The notes below the pieces were generated by a model. It did not search any database. It saw only the letters and a list, made by a program, of their open reading frames with translations, and had not been told where the DNA came from. A program made the translations under genes and the position numbers. 64,000 nucleotides of DNA from Sphagnum compactum (taxonomy: Eukaryota), in NCBI GenBank assembly GCA_965153455.1, contig OZ234493.1:5208001-5272000 (forward strand), read 5' to 3'. Positions 13,509 through 27,406 of the stretch are shown one piece after another. Numbering within the stretch: the first letter of the stretch is position 1; every line of letters starts with the position of its first letter.

Positions 13509-13645
13509 CACTAAAAGAAAAATCCCATTTTTCGACTTGTCTTAGGTGACTAAAAATGTCTTTTGCGACTATTTTTGGTAAAAAATAGTCGCAAAAGACA
13601 TTTTTAGTCGCCTAAGACAAGTCGAAAAATGGGGTTTTTCTTCTA
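13509..13645. repeat. Near-perfect foldback inverted repeat with a CACTA-type left terminus (MITE-like)
   Basis: Arms of ~62 bp around a GGT(A) loop at ~13577-13580 with two internal mismatches; left end CACTAAAAGAAAAA, right end TTTTTCTTCTA (truncated). Confidence 0.85.
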
Positions 13646-14242
13646 AGCACAAATTGTATAAAACAATTAAAATACACAAAACCAAAAGTTCATAGAGGCA
13701 CACACACAAAAATGTTCAATGTCAAAAGAAAGGTGTGGAAAATCATGTAGAAACTCCAAAAAGAGGCACTTATAATTTTTTTGGCAAAAGTTCAAAGAAA
13801 GATGTGCAAGTGTAAAGAGAACATGTTACCTCCAAAGACAAATGTGAAAGCATAAAAAGATGTGCAAAATTAAAAGACTAAAAAAGAAAAATCATTGTGA
13901 GATTCTAAAGGGAACTTGTTGGAGGAACTACAAAATCAAAACAAACAACATACCAACTTTTTATTGAGAATATTAGCGGAAAAGATGAATCAAATAAAGG
14001 CCGCCTACATGTTGTAACCTATACAGTGGCCTACACACAAACTATGCAATGTCATTTGGGTCTATGACAATGGAGATGTTTTAGTACTTTAACCTACCTA
14101 TTAATAGACACTTCAAAATATCATAGGTAAGTAGGTAGGGAATGTCATTAATTCTTACGTAGGTGGGTAAAGTAGATGGTGGTAATGAGGTTAATAGATG
14201 TATGAAAATAACCCATGTTATTAACTAATGGGACATGAATAC

Positions 14243-14668
14243 TAGTGTTGGGTAGTTACTTGTTTTGGCTAGTTAGAGCCACCAATTCTAGTTGGTAAAA
14301 ATCGAACCAAAACTAGGTTTGATTTTTTGGAATTAAAACCAAAACTAGCTTTAAAACCAAATTTGTTTCTAGAACCAAAACCAAACATGGATTAGATTTT
14401 GGAACTAGAACAATAATTTTTTTTGAATCGGGGGTTAGTCAACAATTAACCACCAATTTTAGAGTTGTTTCCTCAAACCAAAATCAAAATTGAGTCTAAT
14501 TTCCAAAACCAAAACTACGACCTAATTTTTTTTTCAAGAACCAATTCAACCAAAACTAGACCTAAGGTCCCATTTTTGGTGGAACTAGAACTAGAGTGTA
14601 GCATTTTTTAAAAAATTAAAACTTGGAACTGAAGATTTTTTATAAAAATCAAAAACTTCCCAACACTA
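14243..14668. mobile_element. hAT-type MITE
   Basis: TIRs TAGTGTTGGG / CCCAACACTA; exact 8-bp TSD ATGAATAC at 14235-14242 and 14669-14676; internal AACCAAAAC/GGAACTAG subrepeats. Confidence 0.85.
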
Positions 14669-17274
14669 ATGAATACCCTACTTATATAACAAGTTTAGCT
14701 AAAATTATATATTATTATTAATTATTTTATTTTAGAGGTGTTGAAATTTTAATTATAAAAATTTCTTCCCAAAGAAAATTGTGAAGGAAAATTAATCGTT
14801 TTTTGAAATAATCTATGTATTGAGTTTTATTTTTCCAAATTAATTCATTACCATGGGCAGCTTTGGCACTTGCGTGCTGAATAATTAGTAAAATTTATTA
14901 TAAAAAATTGGCACTTGAATTTTTAATCCTGAAATGTTTTGCAAATAAATAATAGTTTTAATAAAATCACAACAATTTACAAAACTTTTGAACTGTCCTT
15001 GTGGTTGGATCGTTCACATTTAATATTATTTAGTTGGATAGGGACAAGTTTTGAATTTGAATGTTTTCAAGTGTTACTATAACATTTTGACTTAAAATTT
15101 TGAAAACTTTGGCATTAGGCGCATCTTGGAAAATAAATAAAAAATGTAGAAATCATTTAATTTATGCCAAAGGTCCCAAGTATTATATATTCAACAAAGA
15201 CATGCCGCACCTACTATTTACCTACAATAGAATGGAAAAACATTGTCCCCTATCCATACACCATCCATCTTGTGTGACATGTCATTTCACTTTGGTCACA
15301 TAGGTCCAAACAAATTGAACCTTTCGCTACATTGGGGCCTCTAGAACCTGTTTGATAATTGATTATTTGACACAAAGCAATGCAAGTAATTTCCTATTGT
15401 ATTTATGAAGCAAGGTAGTCTATTTTATTTTGTCATGTGGAAATCTCCCAAACCATGGTGCTTCATCCCATGCTCTGGTATCTTTGGAAAACTCTCAATG
15501 AGTATGGGTGCACCAACTTGGTTTGAGAATGTTTGGAATTACGGTGTGGAAACTATATTTGATTTATTGAACCATTTTTTCTATGAAAATTAAATAAAAT
15601 TGAAACTAAAAATTGTACTAGAATCTGGGGTGCTTTTTGTGTTGTTGGAAAGTCCTTGATGAATTAGATTTAATAGAGTTTATTTCAAAATTTTCAAAGT
15701 TAAGGTGTTGAAGATATTTATTTTTGCGTGAATTTTGTTGTTGGAAATTCAAAAAAAATTCAAAAATTGGGTTTGGAAGCAAAAATCAGTTGAACCTTCA
15801 ATGTGTTCACACTTGGTAAGGGATTTTGCCCTTACTCCTTGAAGAATGGTAGGGAAATTATGTTTATTCATTAAGTGTAAGATCCCTTTAACTCTTAGGG
15901 AGTGGGTGTAAGAACTAAAAACCTCCCCTCTTGTGCACAGAAGGATGTATGTGTGTTTAAAGAGTACAATAATCCTTGAAAAACAAGGTGTTCCTAAAAT
16001 AAATGCTTGCCCAAAAATAGAAGCCAATGGTGCTTACTTTGAGAATGCCCTACTTTCGAGGGCATTAATTTATGTAGAGCATGCCAAAAAATTCTTATAA
16101 TACCTATAGATCCATTAGGTATCAAGGATTAAAAACAAAATTCCTAATGGATCATGCAATTCACTTTTCAATGCCCCTTTGCAAAGGAAAAGTTTTGCAT
16201 GCATGGTAATGTGCCTTCCACATACACTAGAATTTTGCTACCAATTCAATGTTCACAACAATGTTTACTTACACTTGCAATGGGTAAAGACCACATGTGG
16301 GCAACATTCTCCAAATGTGAGGTATTCAACTACCATCTTGTCTTAAGCCCCTTATTTTGGGAATGCCCCCAACTTGGGGCTTTATTCTAGTAAATGTTAA
16401 ACATGCTTAAGAAAGTAAATGTGCTAGGAGTTTTATGCCACCACAACATGACATCACCACACATCCCACCCCCCCACCCTTCTCGTCACCCTTCCCATTC
16501 ACAATCCCAATGGCCTCGTATGCATAACCCGCCTATCATCATGTTATGTCAAATTTGTAACCTACCATACCACCCCCATCTCCATGGAAGCCTTGCAATC
16601 AACATTCCATGGGATGCCCTGCCATAAGCATCACAACAGGGGAAGTTCCTCCCATTTAGGTTTATGTTTTATAGCACCTTTTGTAGCCACGTTTTGTCGT
16701 TTCAATTTTTTTTGTTTTTTTTCATCTTGTTGCACCTTTCATTGTGCAAGTTATTGGTTGAACTTGAATGCTATTAGTGAGTTTGATTGTATAATAGTTT
16801 CAAGTTGTGCAATTTGATTAGTTGCTATCGATTTGGTGTATGTTTTTCTTAAAATAAATATGTTTTTTTTAAAACAAAAATTTGACAATAACATAAATAT
16901 TTGGTAGAATCTCAAAGAAAAATGAAAAGATCATTTAGTTTAAATGGAAGTAGTTCCCATTTCAAGTTTGCATTTAAGGTGTGTGAATGCTTGAAAAAAT
17001 TGAATGGTTTGTTGTAAACAATTTGAAATTTTGGCCACAATGTTGCCAATTAAGGTCACAATCTTTGAAAGGCATTGTGGCGTTGCACAAAATACACCGA
17101 TCCAAGTTCGTGCATTTGAATGTGTGCAAAATCAACAGATCTGAATGTGCACGTCCAAGTATTCCAAGTGTTATAATTTGAATTATAACCTAGGTAATTC
17201 TCTTCTTCCGAATCTATTGCACATCATGGTAAATCATTGATTGTTGTGTATAACATGGGAATTGAGAACGTAGT

Positions 17275-18514
17275 TGTAACAACACGGGGCAAGGACACAT
17301 AGTCGTGGGTATATGCACAATCTAGTGGTTCACTTCTCTGTTTGTGCAGAGTTGGTGGTGCTACTACATGCAATAGTGTTAGTACACTTCCGTTTTCTAT
17401 CGTCTTCCTCCATATCTCATGTGATGATCTATTGTAAGAAATGTGTATACCACGGAATCTGCCTCCATTTACATCAGTTATATATTTTGCATCATTAGAG
17501 ATTTAAATCACGTGTGAACACATTCTCTCCCACGAAAACAAAATTGGAGAAAGTAGGGCGAAGGTGAAAGACACGACTTAGGTCTCATGAATTTTGCTTA
17601 CACAAGGCAGCAGACAAGTTTGTCTGCCAGTATTTCGAAAAGATAACGCAAAATTTTCAATATCCTCGACCCACCGTGTTGCTTACCTATTTGGTGCAAA
17701 TGTTTTCGACATTTACATATCCGCCCCAAAACACAAAAAAAAACCCCCGATTGTGCCCCAATTGGAGTTGGCTTGGACCTGTAGCCAAAAATAAAAATAA
17801 AAATCCGAATCCATCCGTCCTCCCTTGATGGAACAAGTTTGGAGAAATAAAAAGATAGTTTCAAAAGGTGGGAAATTCCCCCTCTTCCCTTGATGGAACG
17901 AGTTTGGACCTAGAAGTGAAAAATATTGAAACTCGCCTTCCTCTTCCGTCAAAGCGGATTTGGACTACTAGAGAATGATAAAAGGATATATGAAGGACAA
18001 TGGTAAATTGAAAACAACAAAAAACCAAATGATCTTTGCCCAAAATAAAAATAACTTCCTTAATTCCCAAGGAATTATGTTTAGTGGCCTTTCAACTTAA
18101 CATTGCTACTACTACGCCCACCATTAATAACTATCACAACATTAGAGACGAACACTTATTATTTGAAATAACTTAAAGAACATAGTTCGCCCGCCTTTGC
18201 CTTGAACCTAAATCCTCACTTACGTTCACTCGGCATAGGAGAAAAAACCTTGAAGATTTTGATTCATAAACAAAACATGTATCCCAAGAAATGACTACCA
18301 TGAATTCCCCTCAATTCTATCACACTTTGTATTCTTTACATCGACCACCATTGGTACGAGTTGGGAAATCTAAACCATCAAGGTTCTTCAGTTGAACTGA
18401 ATTGTTCGGGAACACCTCTTTGATGATATAAGGTCCAGTCCAGAAGGCATCAAACTTGTTCAAAAATTCTAACCTCCTAGCATCTTGCACCATGACCCAC
18501 ATACCCGCATTCAT
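17275..18514 (-). mobile_element. 3' fragment of a Ty3/Gypsy LTR retrotransposon (integrase C-terminus, 3' UTR, PPT, probable 3' LTR)
   Basis: ORF 18320-18514 encodes KFDAFWTGPYIIKEVFPNNSVQL (GPY/F motif); minus-strand purine tract GGGAGAGAA precedes TG at ~17520-17522. The distal LTR end is uncertain. Confidence 0.7.
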
Positions 18515-21500
18515 GCATTAATGTAATCTTTGAGTACTAAAGTTTCATTCAATTTTTAAAAACCTTTTAAAACTAGATCAAAACCCATATTGAAAAATGT
18601 TATTATTTGGTATGGTGAAATCACTTTAAAATCCCCCAAAAAAAAAACTCATAAAGTTCATAATAATAAAATCCCATTTTGATATTTCAATTATGTACCC
18701 ATCAGGCACAAAAAAATTTGACAAACAAAAAAATCATTTCAAATTGACTTTTGAAAACAAGGTCCAATTATAACCCTTCAAAAGTTCATAACTACCATTT
18801 GGTTAAGTTTTCCAAAAAAAAAAAATCATATTTAACTTTATGATTTCATTTCTCAAATCATGATTAGTCACTATAATTTTTTGGAATGGAATTGAATATG
18901 AATTTGGGTGCAAATTCTTTAAGGTGTATCAAAATCTTGTCATAGTGTCACCCTTTTCTATCTTTTTTACCTAGTCCTTTTCTACCATGTAAAGACACAT
19001 TTATGAATGATTATGATGGAATCTAGAATGCAATAGTTTAAAATATAGTCCTTCTGAAAATTTTGACAACTTTTGATTCATTATTTTTTATGGGGGATCA
19101 AAATATAGGGTAAAAAAGGATTGCATTAAAGATTAGGCCCTTTTTGTCCTGTGTGGTACACCTTAAAGGATTTTCACCCTTCTTAACAATCCAATCAACT
19201 AATCAATCCATATTTTTGATTTCAAAAGTCCATTATTGATAATGAATGGATTACTTTCAAAAATAATTGTGCAATCTTTTTCACAATCAAATTTAGTCTA
19301 GAATGAATCATCGTTTTATTTATTTAAAATTAAATTATTCACCATAAGCATTTAAATGCAAAACGTCCTATAAAAATTGCTACTATGACTCCAAAAGTGA
19401 ACCACCACACCTTGCATTCACCTTCATTTTGACATCAATATCAAACCTTATATCTGGCATTGCAAACTTGTGAGTTGTGAATGGACATAATGAGGTTTGA
19501 AACCTTGTAGATGTTCAAAACCCTATTATGAACAATGAAAAAACGTATGATTTGTAGTTTAACATTAACAAACAACTTTTTTGAAATGTTAACACATGAC
19601 CTTGAGGCTTTATTAGATTTTTTGTGTTTTTTCCCCACAACTATGGGTACAATTTATTGCCAAATAATTCCTTTTTGACATTGTGGCAAGTCCACAATGT
19701 TGTAGGAAGCAACACAATTTCAAGTGATAGTTGGAGGAGTTTAATGCTCTAGAGATTCTATCCACTATGGCTACAAGCTTGTAGGAAGCTTAAGGAAGGA
19801 GACAAGAATTCCAGATGGGTTTGAGGGGTTATTGAGGTTGACAACTACTTGATTTATAGGATAGTGGGTCACTCTTAAACTCCATAATGATTTTTATTGG
19901 AGTAATTTTCATCACAAGTGACCCCATTAAATGGGACAAGGATCATCTTAACCTCAAGGTGTATTGTGGAAGGGAATGGTCGAGTAAGTTATGATTTCTG
20001 ACCATAGGTTTAAAGCGTGCCTGGATGAGTGCCATTGACCTAGTAACAAATAACCCCATCACTATTCCAGTATTAACTAATGCCTAGCTATCAAAAGAGC
20101 TTAATCGAACAATGATGCCTCTTTTATTCAATTGAAATTGAGGACCCAAGTTGATGTAAATGTAGAAACATTGGAGAAATATCCAATCGATTTTGAGCAC
20201 AATTATGTCTAGGTGTGTAGACCTTCAAAACTCTCAAAAGATTATTATCGAGGCCTCATTATAATAGAGAACATAACAAATGTGTAACTAAAAATGCGGG
20301 TCAAAGGATGTTAAAGTCAAAAGGGCCTACCATCACCTAAAAGGTGGCATGCTACAAGTATTTCAAATGGCATGTGCGTGGTGGATGTGTCACAAAAAGA
20401 ATTGGATGTGGCACTTGAGATGAGCCCAAATTTGTAATTTAAATGATTAAAAAGACCAACCTACCTGAAATTATTGATTGAAATATAACTACCAACATTG
20501 GCAGTAGAGGTGAGATTGTGAAATAATGTATTTACCTCATTATATACTTAGTAGTATGGCAACTACCATGCAAAAAAACAAGATATCAAAGGTGAAACTA
20601 TTACACAAGGCCTAACATCCTCCAAGACATGTTAAAGTCAATTTTTTTTGAAGTAACACATCCATCTCATCCAAAATAGGGATTAGAGAATTAAAGTGAA
20701 CCCGAGATTCCTTCACACCTTTGTCCATCTATACTGCACCTAGATGTTGTTCTACTTGACTTACACACTTTGAAAGATATCCAAGATGCTTGAAATCATT
20801 ATTTGAAACTTGTGGAGGCAAAAGCTAATCAACATGTAATAGTCCCATGGGAACCACGTGTACCTCTAGCAATCATACATCCACTTGGCTTACTTAACTT
20901 GCTTCCATACATTTTGAGGAAGTTTGATTGGGAGAATTCTTCCTTTGATGATTTCAAGGCTAAGCTTGCAAATTATCGGGCTTGTCTAAGGGGATGAAAT
21001 GAATGGATCAACAATGTGTTTATGGCATCATTTGGGCTGTAGATTCTCAAAAACTAGGTTAGTTGCACATGCCTCCATTCTTAGGTTTGTGAGATTATAG
21101 TTTCATACCATGTTTTTAGTTCATGCCATGTGGTTGGATAATTGTGCAATTTAAAAACATCTTTAAAACAATTCCTTTGTTGTCACCCATTCTTTGACAT
21201 CTTTAGAACAATTCCTTTGTTGCATACTCTTGCCGCCCTTTTCCTTGGACACATAACAATAATCAATGACATTATATTGTGAGCTTGTGATTGTGAACTT
21301 ATGAATGTAAGCAAGAGCATGTGAACATGATCAGGAGCCTGTGAGAAAATATTGTTAAGTATATTCTAGCCACGTCATGGAATACTTTCCAATATAAATT
21401 TCCAATGTGGCATAATATAAATTTTTAACAACAAAAGTATTTTTTCCATGTCAATACAATATTCAAATATTCTATTGCATCATTCATTTACACATCATTA

Positions 21501-23449
21501 TCTTGTTGAAATAAATGAAATCATCCTTGACACCAAAAGATGTTTTTTTTTTTAATTTTGAAATAATGCACAAGGTCTTGGAAACGATATTTAATACAAA
21601 ATTGATAGTTAATGTCAAGTCAAGTTCAACATAGTTGTAACATCAAATTGTTAGCAAAACACAAATGAAATATATTTTGGTGGTCAAATATGATTTTTTT
21701 TACAATACATAAATGTTATGATAAAAGATATTTTAGCTAGTCTAACCACATTATATGGGAAATGGTTATTGTAATAAGACAAAGTGAAAATTTCAATTTT
21801 GCATATGTATCATTGTAAGAGTGTTAGGTATCTATGGTCATCAATGTAGGACTATAAAAAGAGGATGTGAGAAATTTATAAATGCACTATTATGAATATC
21901 CTTATTGAATTTAGCACTTTCATTCTCCATATAAAATCTAATTGCCATTATCATTAAATCTAATAGGTTTGAGGCCATTGTAAGTCATATTAAAAGACCA
22001 TTAAGATTATATTTCAAAACAAACTAGGTTGTAATTATTGGAGGAGTTGGTATTTAACCCGCAAGCTTTCAATATAACACACATTATTAGTAAAAATGTG
22101 TTCATTTGCTATGATGTGAGCTTTTGTGCAAGTTTTCTACTTTCAACTTCTTTGTTCCACTTTGCAAAAAATAAACAAACATGCCTTGTCAAACTCCTAA
22201 GGACTTAAACTTGTACCACACAATCAGGAAGAAGAGTTGAAGTTTATCGATGCAAATTATCAATCAGAAGTGGGATATTGGACATAAAGAAATGCTTACA
22301 AGATTACAAAATCTATGTGATGGTGATTTGTCTATTTAACAAGGGCTTTCTCAATAGCTTATGACAACCTTTGAAAGACAATCCTTAGCTAACACACCTC
22401 ATAATTTGGAATTGTAGAATTCAATTATTGAAGTAGTTTGATTACCTATTGGGATGTGTTTCCCGAAACAAGTATCTTTTCAAGATCAGAATTGGCAAAA
22501 AATGGCTAAAGAACCATATCAACCTGAAGAAAATGAGTATGAATCACCAACACTTGTTTATTGCAGGGAGGCAGACATGTTGGTGCCACTGGTGAAAGTT
22601 AGCATTTTGGACTCTGCCTAGAATGGAAAGATCTTAGGGTGATGACAACAATGAAACACTAGAAGTTATGATAGAATCATGTAGGAAAATGAATGACAAA
22701 CCAAATCCGAATGTCAAAGGCTCCTCACAACATTACAATAGACGAGGTCATTGACATCAATGAGTTCCTGAGCTCAAAAAAAAATGGTAGATTTTTGGGG
22801 ATAGGAAGGAGTATCATTTGCAAGGCCATGGAAGAGTTGAGCTAGTGCAATATGTGTATTTGTCGATGCGTGTGTTTAATTATTTTATTGTGATGATGTG
22901 AAGAATATTGTATAACATAAGAAAGCCTTAAAAGAAGTGAGGTTGATAAGAATGATATAATACCTCATCAAAGCATTACATGTGTTGTATTCACATAGCT
23001 TAATTTTGAAATGACCCTTCTTATGGACATTAACCCTTAATATGAAATTTTGGATTCTAAAATTTGTGATTTGCATTATGTTCTTTTATATTCAATGCAC
23101 AATGTTTTCAAATATGAAACTTGTGATTTACTTCCACTTGAAGTCATTTTGAATTCATCTACAATGTCATATTTGTGATTTGTATTATTTTTAAAAAATT
23201 TCAATGCATATTGTTTTCATATATGAATTTTGTGATATCCTTCCACCAAAACTCATTTTGAACTCATCTCATTAGTACAAAAGTGTGGTGCAATTCACTA
23301 GCCTAAATCACTATGGGACCTTAAAAGTGAAATAGGTTCATTAAATCTTAATGATTTCACACTGGTTAAAGTTATTTCATTATAGGATCACTATGTAAAT
23401 ATCATGTTTCACTATTAAGTGACATAATTCACTATTACAATTTAATATG

Positions 23450-24640
23450 GTAAATAGGTTTTTTATTTTGTTATTTTCAATAACCCAAGCTACTTTATGA
23501 TATGTTTTATGTTATTTTAACTTATATCCTAAATTATTATAAGTTATTTTATCTTAAGGTATAATAACTTAAAATAATTTGAAATAAAATATAATGACCT
23601 AAGGTAAAATAACATATAATAAATTTGTATATAATAATTTAAAGTGGAATAACCTAAGGTAGATTACTCCAAAATAACCAATAATACCTTAAATAGCCAA
23701 AAATGGCATATGGTAAAATAACCAATAATAATTTTAGACAACTTGTAATAAACTAGTTTAAAATAACAAAAAACCCCTAGAATAATCAATAATAACTTAC
23801 AATAGAATAGCCAATAATAACTTACAATAAAATAGTCAATAATAATCAATGATAAAATATTAACAATAGTTAAAATTAACCTATGATGAATAGCCTAAAA
23901 TAGACAATAATAACCTATGATAGAATAATCAATAATAACCAATGGTAAATAACATTGAATAGCCAATAATAATTTTTTATACAATAGCCAAAAATAGCAT
24001 ATGGTAGATAACTTAGAATAACCAACAATGTACTAACCAATAATAGATTACGATGGAATAGCCAAAAGTAGCTTATGGTAAAATAACCTAAAATAACAAA
24101 AAAAAACTATGGTAAAATACCTTCAAATAGTTAAAATAACCTACAATAGAATAGCTAACGATAGTCAATGATAAAATAATTTAAAATAGCCAACAACAAA
24201 TTATGATATAATAGCTAAGAATAACTAATAGTAAAATAACCTAAAATAACCGACAATAATCTACAATAAAATAGCCACCAATAGTCTATGGTAATATAAT
24301 TTCAAATAATCAACAATAACCTATAATAAAATAGCCACCAATAAAATAACCATCAATTGTCATCAATAGAATAAGCATTAATAAGCACCAATAGAATAGC
24401 CACCAATAGAATAACCACCAATAGCTTACAATAAAATAGGCATCAATAGCCTATGGTAATATAAATTAGAGTAACCAACAATAGCCTATGGTGAAATAAC
24501 ATAAAATAACCAACAATGGTGTATGATGGAATAACTTATAATAACTTATGGTAAAATATCCAAAAATTGCTAAAAATTGTTTACGGTACAATAGTCAAAA
24601 ATTGCCAAGAATAGCTTAGGGTAAAAATAATTATGCCCAA
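23450..24640. repeat. Degenerate AT-rich minisatellite (AATAACCTATGGTAAAATAGCC-like units), probably LTR-associated
   Basis: Many short AATAACC/AATAGCC/TATGGTAA motifs, upstream of the Gypsy gag remnant. Confidence 0.7.
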
Positions 24641-25999
24641 TAATATTTGGTGACAAAAAAATATCATTCATTTAAAGAGTAGTTCAATGGTTAAAGATTT
24701 TGTTACCCATATTTAGTAATAGGTGACCTAATAGGTTATAGATTTAAGAAGATTGTTATACTTAACATGTGATTTAACTAACCTATTATATTAATGTAAC
24801 TTATGGCATTAACCTAACCAGTTATAAAACATGAAAGGGAACATCATACTAGGTTAATAGATTGGTTGACATGTTGTTAATCAATCGGTAGTCTACAAAA
24901 CAGATTGGCATAACAAGTAATGAAACATGTGGTTAAACATGGTGTAGTTTTTAAATTTTAAGGATTATTAGTTTAGTACTAGCTATTGATAGTTTATATG
25001 GTTTGTTATGATTGTTTAAATTTTGAATTAATTAGTATGAGACTAAAAGGACAGACTTGTTTAGAGAGGACTTTTGATGTTATTTTTGATTTTGTGTTTA
25101 TTTTTCACTGAAAACGTGAAAGCATTTTGTTTTTAGTAATACTTTTGTTGAAGCTATGTGCAATTTGAGTACATCTAAGGTATAAGAATTGTAGATAAAA
25201 TTAGTTTAGTTTAGTTCAAGTGTATATGTTGTTTTAAAAACTTGTTGGAAAATTTAGAAGTTGAAAACCTTAATGGGAATAGAAAAACCCATTAACATTC
25301 GGTAGCCATGCAATGGATCATAATTTAGAAGCAATTATGCTTAGAATCTCTAGTTAGACTCAATGATTTTAGTAGATTAAGTTGAAAAACAATCACACTT
25401 GAAATTCTAATTTGTATCATGTTTTGTTTGTTTTTGTGATATTTTTAAAATTCAAGTTGTTTTTTATTTGGTTTGAAAGCATTAGGAAATAGGGTGAGAT
25501 TAGTGTAAATTTTTGGAAGTAAATTAAACACCCAATTTTTGAAAGAAGTTTTTTTCAAACTCCTGACTGTTGGGAGGAGCCGTTTTGAAGTTTTTATGTT
25601 AAAAAATAATGCAAAGGCTTTCCTAAAACCTATTCATTTCAAAAGGTGTGAAGGGTAGTCACGAGAAGTTTAAAAAAAAAACTAGAATAGGTCACACATC
25701 AACTTGTTCCAATATCTACACAAGAGCAAGATGAACAAGTGTAACCTACATGAATTAAACATTCACTGCCCGTGGTTGGGTTGATGTTTATGATGTTGCT
25801 TGATGAGTGGTTGAGAGTGTGGCTAGGTCTTTCTGCACAACCTATTGAACTACATTTTGCTCATTGGCTTCTCCCCTTTGTACTGCATCCGTGTTTGGTG
25901 CATTCACATGTTCATCATGATGACAATCATGAACCTATTATGTAATTTGATGCTTCAATTGTCTTCACAGGACAACCATGGCAATCTATAACACCAAGT

Positions 26000-27406
26000 T
26001 ATTATTTACCCAACACTAGTGCACCTACACCAATTGCAACATCTATTGGTTTTCAAAACCAACCACCAAACACCAATATGAGTTTAGTACCCACTAATTC
26101 AGAAATGGAAGCGATTCCAACTATTCAATAGATTAAAGCAACTTTGTCACATTGACAAAAGACCTTCCAATCAGTCAGTTTCATACCAAATTTGGAACTT
26201 GTTGAACCCTAAGCAAGACTAATGATTAGTCAACAAGAAACAACATACCAACAAGGCACCTAAGCAATTAGATTAATACCTGGTCAAGGTGAAAGATCAC
26301 AAGTTCCACACCATAGACCAGTTTCAAGAGGAAACCAAGGTGTTGGAACTATAATTTGTTCATATTCTCAACAAATGGGACACTTGTTCAATTGCTACCC
26401 ATTTGTTAATAATAGATTAAAGCAATTATTAAGGGAGGGGGTGATGAATGTTCATCAACCTATTATTTCAAACACTACAACAATAGTACCCAATGTCTAT
26501 GTATTAGGAATTCAAGCCATGAATCCTAATATTGGTTATACAAGATTACCTATTAACTATCAAACAACCTGGTCACAACCTGTTACACTAATCGTATTAA
26601 GCAAAAACTAGTATGCTTACCTACTTAATTTGACATACCCAATGTGGTATAATGTCATACCCCCTTTTGTGCCTTTAGATCTTAGTTTGTATATAACATA
26701 CCCAATTAGAACAAAAGGATTTGATACTTCAATATTTATGAATTATACATGTTATGTAGTTAGCTATGTCTATCCAATATTTAAACAACCTATTGTACCA
26801 CCCACACCACATATTGTTGGAAATTAGTTTCATGTAATGGTTCAACTAATAACCAATATGGATAGAAGACCTGTTCAACAACCTGTTACTGCACCAGTAC
26901 CAACCACTGTACATGTTAACATCAATCTACCAATTTATGTACCCAAAGGTTTTGCTTACCAACCATCGGATGGAGGACAACTTGGAGATTCACATGGAAG
27001 AAGTTCACCTAAAGGAGATCCACAAAAAGGACCACCATTTGATCCACATGTTGGATCATATGGATGGTCGGCACCTGACCCACATGTTTATACCACCATG
27101 GTATCAACCACATGTTGTGCAACCTATACCAGAACCAACAATCAAGCTACCATACAGGAAGTTACAAAATCCAACCTATGTCAACGACATTGATTTTGAT
27201 GTTCACATTTAATGTTCAAGAAGGCCATTAAAGCTAATGGTGAAACAATGGAAGCTGACATCATCAACCTATTTGGTTTTACTCTCAGAGATGGTATCTT
27301 TGAATGGAGTGAAAACTTTGTTCAAGACCATCCAAATTGCATTTTTGAAGAGTTGGAACAAGCATTTTGCAAACGATTCAAAACTATGAAGAATGATGAG
27401 GATGTT
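26000..27406 (+). mobile_element. Degenerate Ty3/Gypsy gag remnant
   Basis: Pro/Gln-rich fragments, then KLPYRKLQNPTYVND...FKKAIKANGET...INLFGFTLRDGIFEWSENF...FEELEQAFCKRF (retrotransposon gag-like), with stops. Confidence 0.75.

Larger units (their letters stand above)
10014..14082. mobile_element. Possible degenerate PIF/Harbinger element boundaries
   Basis: TTA+GAGCATCTCCA at 10011-10024 and a degenerate inverse TGGAGATGTTT+TA at 14071-14083 enclose a Harbinger transposase remnant. Confidence 0.45.

Noticed and set aside
19700-21100. Possible LINE endonuclease remnant (FYWSN, ISDH)
   Set aside because: Only two short motifs among many stops; insufficient support.
23450-24640. Repeat array considered as CRISPR-like
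   Set aside because: Degenerate contiguous units without constant repeats and unique spacers; eukaryotic TE context.
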